Part shown: piece by piece, positions 54,300-64,000 of the stretch | How the letters are laid out: the number at the start of each line of letters is the position of its first letter | Numbering within the stretch: the stretch's first letter is position 1 | Source of the DNA: Octopus vulgaris | Taxonomy: Eukaryota | Assembly: GCA_951406725.2 (NCBI GenBank) | Contig: OX597824.1 | Location: 41,416,001 to 41,480,000 of the forward strand | Direction of reading: 5' to 3' | Length of the DNA stretch: 64,000 nt | The notes under the pieces: generated by a model | Told to the model about the DNA's origin: nothing | Databases searched by the model: none | The model's input: only the letters and a program-made list of their open reading frames with translations | Translations under genes and position numbers: made by a program

Positions 54300-54800
54300 A
54301 TGCGCCATGACATGGACGTTTAAATCTCGAAGAGAATAATAGCAGGATGGAAAGTTTTTACCTCAATAAAAATGCTCAAAGCAAAACTGTACAAAGCCAT
54401 ACATGCTAAACTCTTCAATAGTACTGTGAGATGTGGACTACAACGAAAAGGTAATAACATCGATTGGCTACGAAGCAAAGGGCCATGGAAAGATCATTAC
54501 TAGGAATATCATTGTAAAAGCATACCTGAAATGAGATCATTAGAGAATAAAGCGAAATGAACGATGTGATCGCAGAATACCGAGAGTACAAGTTTCGATG
54601 GGCCGGACATGTCGCAAGGTTCACATACAACAAGCAGGTGGACCCGTGAAGTTGTCGAGTTGTAACTAAGAGATCGGAAACGGCTACTCAGAGATTCCAC
54701 CCCACACCACACAACGACGGAAAGACGATTTAGTTAAAGAATATTGCTATCATAAGAACCAGAAGTGCATTGTGACCATACAACAACATCTGATAGCCTG
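54300..54800 (+). mobile_element. RTE-clade LINE 3' fragment
   Basis: CEMWTTTK...QRAMERSLLGISL...KFRWAGHVARF...RWTREVVE. Confidence 0.85.
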
Positions 54801-55549
54801 GTCGAAACGGTGATGCTGAGATACAGTAATGGTCAAACGGTGGCGAACTGGCGGAGTCGTTAGGACGTATGGCTTAATGTCTTGGAATATTTATTTCGAC
54901 TCGCTACGATCTGAATTCAAATCCTACCTCGGTCAGCTATATCATTTTATCATTTCGAGATAGATAAAATAAAATGTCAATCTGAAGCGATGGATTAGTT
55001 GCATTGTTAATACTTCGGAAGATTTGTTATATTTCTTTGAGTTCTGAGTTCTTGAATGGTAGAATTAATCCGTGACTTTAATACCACCATTCGGTCACTT
55101 TAATTGCTTTTAACAGAGTTACTTCTTTTGCAACCATTCAGGTTAGGTTTCCAGTTTGAGGATAACTCCCGCCCTTCCTTTACCCGAACAACCTCAGAAG
55201 TCCTGAAAATTAAAGGACCATGGTTACTATCTTTCCTATCTCCTCTAAAGAGTAAAAAATAACTTCATCTGTAATCATCCTGTATATATTAAGTTTATGT
55301 TGGCCCTTTTTCTAATAGGATATGAAGTAAAATCCAGACTTCCAGAACAAAATAGTCACACTCCACTTCCACTTTCGGCGGATAAGAGATGTGTAGATCT
55401 CTTATCCACCGAAACGACCATGAAGTCTCGTGGCTCGAAAATTCTGGTCTCCTTGATGGCTATCACATCTGTATCCAGTAAACAGATATCCCTGCTTCCA
55501 TGGCGATCCCTGGCCACGTGAATTTATACCCTCAATTTGTTCAGGCTTT

Positions 55550-56330
55550 TTTAGGCGGCGTATTTTTGACTTGTCCCTTTTCTTTCCAACAGTCATTTTC
55601 TGGCATTTAGGCATCTAACTGTTATCTTCACCAGATGACTTGTCTGGAGGCCTTCTTTCGGCTGCGATTTTCTGCTGTCGTAGTGGGTAAAAAACCTCGA
55701 GGCGATTACTGTTTCCACAGTTATAGCATCGAAGCCTTCTATATTTCATGACAACCTGCAGTTATTGCTCTTCTGAGATCTCTAGCAGCGCAGGAATTTT
55801 GCCAAGTGTCTCAAGTTTCACATGAATCAGAACCACCAACCCATTTTTTCCTACCCAATTTTCTTTTCGGAACCTTTTTACTCCTAGTAGTGTGCTAGGG
55901 TTTTCCAAAATTCTACATTTCACCTCTCATCTCCAGAAGTCTAGTTCTGATGGTATGATTGAGAATTTTAAGGTAGGTTGAAATCAGTGCAAAATCTTCA
56001 ATTCTTTGCGAAATGGTAGCGTGCTTCGGGCTAGGATTTCCTAATGGATGATAATTCATATGTAACTAAACTTATGGATTTGTCTCACAAAATTCATGTC
56101 TCCCCAAGTATTTTTTAAAAAGAGTCCAGTTTGGTCTGAGAGTATAATTTGTATTTTTTTCCCATCTATACACAATTGCTTTCCTATCTGTTTGGTTTAG
56201 AAGATATTGCGTGTATTGAGCGTAATTCTTGATTCTTGAAATTATCAGATTCTCGTATGGGGCTGATCTCAATTGCTATTTGGTAACGGCACACGTCTCT
56301 TTGAAGGATGTATAACCATAATAATAAATC
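55550..56330 (-). mobile_element. Decayed LINE RT fragment
   Basis: FKKYLG motif in ORF 56072-56272; otherwise very degenerate. Confidence 0.35.
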
Positions 56331-56755
56331 AAGGATGTATGTTATATATTTGACATAGCTGTATTTGTCTATATATGTAAATATACCAATATGTACACAC
56401 ATATATACTCAGATACACATGGATACATAAATATAAATATTTACATCTTCAAAATTAATTTAGCGAAGTATTTTTTCATATCCCATTCTATGTTGGAATG
56501 GAAGAGGAAGAAACATACTTCAATAAAAAAATTTTGAAGATGTCTAACGTTCTATTCTTCATTATATAATCTGTACGCTACATGAAATCCAATGAAGCGA
56601 ACTAAGTATTTAACTATCGAATGAAGTACAATGTAACTGCTCATCTCAAACGATTCTAAACGTTCCCTTTCATTCGATGTGGTTAGCCAGATTTGGATTG
56701 TGTCAGAATTCTCATAAGGTAACTGTTCGGGATTTCAATTTCCCTTTTCTTTACG

Positions 56756-56837
<82 letters not shown>

Positions 56838-57180
56838 GCACGCTCGCGCACACACACACACACATGTACGCACACTCACACACACACACGCACACGCACG
56901 CACATATATATAAGGGTAATAAAGTAATCACAATCACAGTCAAGCTACGCTCAAGTATTTACACAATTTGTACATTTATATAGTAATTCATGTAATGCAG
57001 ATATACTTTGCAAACTATGTACATCCCTACACAGATAGGCACACACACACGCGCACAAACACACACACGCGCACAAACACACACACGCACACAAGCACAC
57101 ACGTACGCACACACACAAGCACACACGTACGCACACACACACACACTTGTTACGTATATATATATATATATATATATATA

Positions 57181-57508
57181 GGGAGAGTTTACGAAAAAAC
57201 AAAAGACGAAGACAGGTGGTGTACAAAAGAAAAAGATGTTTTAGTATAACGCTCAGGAATAGAAAAAGTCTTTTACGTTTCGAGCCTACGCTCTTCTACA
57301 GAAAAGGACACAGAAAAAACAAGGAGAGAAAAAATATGTATGTAGTGGCTACCGATCTATCATGGCGAATGTTCTTTCTGTGTTCCTTTCTGTGGAAGAG
57401 CGTAGGATCGAAACGTTAAAGACTTTTTCAATTCCCGAGCGTTATACTAATACATCTGTTTGTTTTCTACACCTGTCTTCGACTTTTGTTTTTTCGTGAA
57501 TTCTCCCC
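57181..57508. mobile_element. Inverted pair of about 135-bp arms, each with a minimal hammerhead-like motif (57270-57305 minus; 57386-57421 plus)
   Basis: UUU-CUGUAGA-A GAGC guag GCUC-GAAA-CG-UA-AAAG and CUUU-CUGUGGA-A GAGC guag GAUC-GAAA-CG-UU-AAAG. Confidence 0.75.
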
Positions 57509-57943
57509 ATATATCACACGCTCACGTGGTCGCACCAGTTGATCCTGTCTCCTCTCATCATCCACGAACTTCTCCACTCGACTTTCTACCTTTCTACTCT
57601 TTACGGATTCTCTTTTGGACTTCCTACACTCCGGCTGCACCTGTCCTGCTTATGGAATACTCTGGACTCTACTGTTCATATATATATATATATATATAAA
57701 TATATATATGTATGTATGTATGTATATATGCTGTATGATATATATATTAATGTTGGGATACAAAATTACATGAATATGCGCATAATCAAATGAATAGTTA
57801 CACACATGCATACATATATTTAGGCATACACACACACACGTATATATATATATATATATATATATGGCAAGTGTCTTTATAGCCTTGGCCCATAAAGCCT
57901 TGTGAGTGGATTTGGTAGACGGAAAGTGAAAAGAAGCCCGTCA

Positions 57944-57980
<37 letters not shown>

Positions 57981-58120
57981 CTATATATATACGTATGCAT
58001 CTTCGTAAATATATTGTCAAATCGAATACTGAAAGTCGAACATTAAAGATAACGAATAGCAACACAACAAATAGAACGTATTATTTTGATGCATAGTAAA
58101 GATGGAAAAAAGAAGTGGAA

Positions 58121-58155
58121 CTTTTAAGTTTCGAGCATAGCTCTTCGTCACAAAG
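58121..58155 (-). ncRNA. Minimal hammerhead-like motif, degenerate
   Basis: CUUU-GUGACGA-A GAGC uau GCUC-GAAA-CU-UA-AAAG. Confidence 0.6.
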
Positions 58156-58195
58156 CGGACAAAGAAGTACAGAGAAGAAAAGAGTCCGCGAAAAA

Positions 58196-58268
<73 letters not shown>

Positions 58269-58334
58269 TATAGACACACACATGTATACATACACACATG
58301 CATAAATACATAAATACATTGATACATATATATA

Positions 58335-58600
58335 TTCGAAACGCGGAGTAGATGAAACAGAGACGGCTGAAGAAGGGGAATGTTCCTTGTGTTGTATGTT
58401 TTGTACCTTTTTTCTTTCGTTATTTAAGAAAAATGTTCATTTCCTTGGTTTTGTGTTTATGTTTTCGTTTCTCATTGTGTTCGACGTTTTTTTGGTGTCC
58501 TGTACCCATATATGCATGTATATATACATATAGATGTAGGTACGTACATATATGTATGTATATATGCATATGTTTTATTTATTATTTTGGTATATATATG
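58335..58600 (+). mobile_element. Solo copy of the 17705-18800 terminal repeat
   Basis: gagtagatgaaac...ctgaagaagggg...ttctcattgtgttcgacgt. Confidence 0.75.
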
Positions 58601-58757
58601 TATATATATATATATATGCATACACACACATATACATGCAGTTTCTTATCGTTCAATAAATAGTCACAATATACACACAAATGCATAAATGATGCATGCA
58701 TATACATATGCAGTTATATGCACAATAGGTATATGCATATATGCATGCATCCACTCA

Positions 58758-59141
58758 TCTCTCTCTATATAAACGGCAGTTTGTCTGTGCGTGTTTCTGT
58801 GTGTCTGTTTGCTTGTACCCTCACCCTGACCACGGCTTTCAACCGATTCTGATGAAACTTGACACACACATAGCCCAATGTCATAATTCAAAACTAACGC
58901 AGCGAAAACTTTGAAAAGTTCCCCCAGTTCTGAAAAAAATCGATAAATTCGACATGGGGTCGAGAATCAGAAACACAAACCACAAACTGTCTAGGGGACG
59001 CAACTCCACCTTTTTTAACTCTCAAAAAAAATTTACCATCATTCTTTTCCATTTTTTTGCTATTTTTTGGCTATAACTCTCTAAAAATGCTTTATAGTTA
59101 TTTCCGTTACAAACCTGAGCAACGCCGGGCGATACTGCTAG
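58758..59141 (+). mobile_element. Non-autonomous Helitron, 384 bp
   Basis: A|TC 5' end, CTAG|T 3' end, subterminal GC hairpin cctgagcaacgccggg at 59114-59129, no TSD. Confidence 0.82.
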
Positions 59142-59294
59142 TTCATACATAAATACAAACATTCATATATAAATATAAGCATACATAATCATATGAATAT
59201 ATAAAGAATATGTTTATATGTTTACACAGGCCAGTATGAAGGCTCTCTCTCTCTTTCTGTCTCACTTTCTCTCTCCCGCACACGCACACATACG

Positions 59295-59325
<31 letters not shown>

Positions 59326-59594
59326 ACACACACGCACACAGACATACCGCACTAATATACTTGTTATACATATTTGTAATACGCATCCCAAACACAATAC
59401 AACGCGCAATATGCTGATATATATTAAATACATACACATACAACTGTATAAATGCATTCACCCCATAGCTACAGTTACACACACGTAACACGCACGTATA
59501 GCTATATTCATATACATGTGTGTGTAGGTGTGTATGTATGTTTGTTTGTGTGCGCTTGGTCACTAACTCTATGGATAAAAGAATATATATATAT

Positions 59595-59755
59595 TCTGAG
59601 TTCAAATTCCGCCGAGGTCGACTTTGCCTTTCACCCTTTCGGGGTCCATAAATTAAGTACCAGTTACGCACTGGGGTCGATGTAATGGACTTAATCCCTT
59701 TGTCTGTCCTTGTTTGTCCTCTCTGTGTGTTAGCCACTTGTGGTTAGTAAAGAAA
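59595..59755 (+). mobile_element. SINE family A, 5' truncated
   Basis: gagttcaaattccgccgaggtcgactttgcctttca. Confidence 0.85.
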
Positions 59756-59882
59756 TATATATATATATGTATACACATACATACATGCACACATATATTT
59801 GCTATATGCATACACATACATATATATATATATATGATATAATATGTGTATATAGAAATACGTATATACATCTATATATCTA

Positions 59883-60003
<121 letters not shown>

Positions 60004-60124
60004 CTCTCTATATATATATATTCATATACATATACATATTTTTATATGTATATATGTATGTATGTATGAATGTATATATATATGTTTATATATATATGTG
60101 TGTATGTATATATATATACATATA

Positions 60125-60170
<46 letters not shown>

Positions 60171-60198
60171 CATATATATGTATATATATATATATATA

Positions 60199-60245
<47 letters not shown>

Positions 60246-61083
60246 TTTAATGTATGTATATACACGCCCGCACTCACATACACACATACATTCATATATG
60301 AATGTGTAACTCTGTCTATGCATACATACATATATAGTCACACTTATACACACCTATTCAAACGTATGACAAAACTCAATGAAGGACCGTACACACATTC
60401 GTGCTTCTATAGCACATTGATAAACCTAAAATGCCTGAATACGATATACATGCTTACATGCACAGACAGACCCACACGCACGTACACGATCGCATACATA
60501 CACACACATGCATACATGTGTATGTATTCATCCACGTTCACGTCCATCGGCACGTACTATAATATACTTAATCATGCGCAATCACATATACGTACGCATA
60601 CACAAATACGTGAAGTCTCTCTAACACTTTGTCTGTCTTCTTCGTTATCCCTTCCTCTTTCATACCCCATTACATTCAAGATAGGTGGATAGATAGATTG
60701 ACAGGTAGTTAGACAGGTTGGTATTTTGGGAAGTCGGTAGACAGATATATCGATAGATATATTGATAATCTAATAGGAAGATGGATAGTTAAGTATGTAG
60801 GCAGACAAATACATAGATATGTAGTATGTAGATTGACAAATTGATAGACAGACAGATAGGTAAATAGATAAATCGATAGAAAGATACATACATGCATACA
60901 TACATACATACATACATACATACATACATACATACATACATACATACATACGTACATACATACATACATACATACATACATACATACTTATATACATATA
61001 TACATTCATAACTTTATATGTAGACAGCTGTGTAGACAGATATATAAACAGATTGACGAATATATATATATATATATATATAT

Positions 61084-61141
<58 letters not shown>

Positions 61142-61173
61142 GGATGGATAGATAGATTGACAGACAGACAGAC

Positions 61174-61245
<72 letters not shown>

Positions 61246-61257
61246 TGACAGACAGAC

Positions 61258-61321
<64 letters not shown>

Positions 61322-61577
61322 GGACAGATAATCAAGTACGTTGGATAGATATGTAAGGTAAGTAGACAGATAGATGGATAGAGTGGCAGATAGATAGACT
61401 GATTGATTGAATGGTAGATAAATAGGAGAAAAATGTCAGCAAATTGCTACTTAAGATAACTCCGGAGTTAGAAAGACAAGAGAGAGAAATAGAGATTGAG
61501 AGAGAGAGAGGGAAGAGAGTGAGAAAGAGGGGGAGTGAGAGAGAAAGAGGAGAGTGAGTGGAAGAGAGAAATTAAAC

Positions 61578-61612
<35 letters not shown>

Positions 61613-61818
61613 GTTTGATGAAGAAACGGAGACGTAAAGAGAACGTGCGCTCAAGGGAGGAGGTGAGAAGGTATTTTAGATATGCCCTCTCCCTGCCAAC
61701 ACATGCACACGAAAAAGAATGAATAACATGCATGTACATGCATCCACACACAGACACACACACGCACACGTGCACGCAGGCACTCACGCACTCGCACACA
61801 CTCATACATGCACATATA

Positions 61819-61849
<31 letters not shown>

Positions 61850-61854
61850 GTATG

Positions 61855-61895
<41 letters not shown>

Positions 61896-62034
61896 AGAGA
61901 AAGTGGGAGAGAGAGGGAGAGAGATAATTATGCACACAAATATGTATATATATGTATATATATATATATATATATGTATGTGTATATATATATACAACTG
62001 TAGACATACATATAATTATACATCTATATGTGTG

Positions 62035-62090
<56 letters not shown>

Positions 62091-62174
62091 CGCACCAGGA
62101 CTCAGCTAAGTGCATTAAAGAAGGATGGTTGGTGCATGTGTGTTTAATGTGTGCGTGTGTATATGCATGTGCGT

Positions 62175-62221
<47 letters not shown>

Positions 62222-62594
62222 CGATTGAGAGTGTTTTGCGCAAAATTCCCATTTGTAGACGACGACTGCTAATGCAATGCAATGGAGATTCCATGCGCAT
62301 TTATATATATATTTGCTGCAATCAACACATCACCGAATGAATGTGCATTAGTGAAATATCTTATGCGCTGAGGCGTTTACACAAATATTTAACACTTGGA
62401 AGCTGTGGTGGCGGGGCGTGATAAATAAGCCGGCAGAAAAATGTTATCGTCTCTCGCGTCGCGCGGAAGAGCACCATGAAATTCTCGTGTCGTTTTTGTT
62501 GTTGTTTTTTTGTATTGCTCAAGGTTATTTCTGATTGAACCAGACACCTACGATCAGAGACATTCCAGCCATGACTCTCCTGTTCTTTTTATTT

Positions 62595-62636
<42 letters not shown>

Positions 62637-62653
62637 TATATATATATATATAT

Positions 62654-62736
<83 letters not shown>

Positions 62737-63429
62737 CACACACACACACATATATATATATATAACCAGCCTCCGAGCGGTTCTCTGCTAATCACTAAAT
62801 GATTTTTACACATTTGATTCGCAATTTTTGTAATTTTTCTGTATTAAATCTAATTTTCATTTGTATTCTTTATTCGTCTTATAGTACACATTCGTTCATT
62901 ATTCTTATTGCAGTCTTTAAACTCTTTTAAACAAACTTATAGGGAAGCCATCCTCTACGTAGTCGTTCAGTATGCTAGAAATAGCAAGAATCGTTTGGGT
63001 TTATTCTAAAGCATGTAGCATGCCAAACGACCATACCAACAAATTCACCTCTGATAATTATTTTTTTTTTTCAAAATATGCCGGAATCTCTTAAAAATTT
63101 CAGCCTCTTAACAAATATTCATTGAACGAATTCCAGAAGTGGAAGAGTTGAATAGTCTTCAAAAGTAATTTTTTTCTTTTTTATCAACGTAAGAAGAGAG
63201 AAAATGGAGGTGCGTGAAATATCCCCCACCGCATATTTTTCGTATTAAATTCCGACATAGTGATAATCTACACGATCTGAAAGGTATTTGTAGAAAATTT
63301 CATTAACAAATACCAATTTTTTTTAAAGTTATAGGGAAACAAATTCTAGGCATATGAATTATCCGAAATTCCTCTCCCAACCTCAATTTTCCACTACAAA
63401 TTCCAATGTTATCGTAATCTACACACTCG

Positions 63430-63790
63430 AAACGTACTTTCTCTTTTTTTTTTATGAAAAATATCCATGTTTTTTCAGAAAGTTATGAGGAAACAAACTT
63501 GGTGGTGGTGGTTGTGGTTGGGGCTTTTCTATAGTTATGCCTATCTGACATAAATAAAATAAAACTGCTTTTCTTGATCGAGTTTTAATTTATTCAACCG
63601 TACACAATGATATGAAAGGATACTAGAATCCGAAACGCATTTTTCATTAAAAATATCCATGTTTTTTCAGAAAGTTATGAGGAAACAAAGTTGTCGTTGG
63701 TGGTGGGTGGGAGTGGCATTTTCTATAGTTATTGCCGTCTGACGTAAGTAAAATGAAACTGCTTTTCTTGATCAACTTTTTATTTCTTCA
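63430..63790. repeat. Tandem duplication with about 190-bp period inside an interspersed repeat
   Basis: aaaatatccatgttttttcagaaagttatgaggaaacaaa at about 63459 and 63650. Confidence 0.8.
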
Positions 63791-63843
63791 GAAGTACCCA
63801 AGAATATGAAAGAATACTGGAATCAATATGTTTTGACTGACTC

Positions 63844-64000
63844 TGGCAGAAACGTTAGCACGCCGGGCGAAATGCTTAGCGGTATTTCGTCTGCCGCTAC
63901 GTTCTGAGTTCAAATTCCACCGAGGTCGACTTTGCTTTTCATCCTTTCGGAGTCGATTAAATAAGTACCAGTTACGCACTGGGGTCGATATAATCGACTT
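63844..64000 (+). mobile_element. SINE family A, runs off the window
   Basis: ctggcagaaacgttagcacgccgggcgaaatgc...gagttcaaattcc. Confidence 0.9.

Overview
AT-rich, extremely microsatellite-dense eukaryotic DNA. The SINE families and the (TA)n/(CA)n/(TATG)n load suggest an Octopus (coleoid cephalopod) genome, which is an inference. No complete protein-coding gene is visible, and nearly all ORFs in the supplied track are artefacts of simple repeats. The window looks intronic or upstream of a gene. A few candidate minus-strand exons at the left end may be 5' UTR exons plus a signal-peptide-like first coding exon (553-502) of a gene that continues off the left edge. The rest is a transposon graveyard: two abundant tRNA-derived SINE families, mariner (DD34D), maT (DD37D), Tigger, a hAT MITE with an 8-bp TSD, a non-autonomous Helitron, RTE- and CR1-like LINE fragments, and Penelope-like RT and GIY-YIG fragments. 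The main finding, read by eye, is about ten type I hammerhead ribozyme motifs, most with palindromic stem III. Several sit in non-coding units of about 470-540 nt that have terminal redundancy, sometimes 5' inversions, and insertion into (TA)n tracts. In one unit (25229-25862) the 5' end falls within 1 nt of the predicted self-cleavage site. This points to a retrozyme-like or Penelope pseudo-LTR family. Coordinates were counted by hand and repeat boundaries are approximate.
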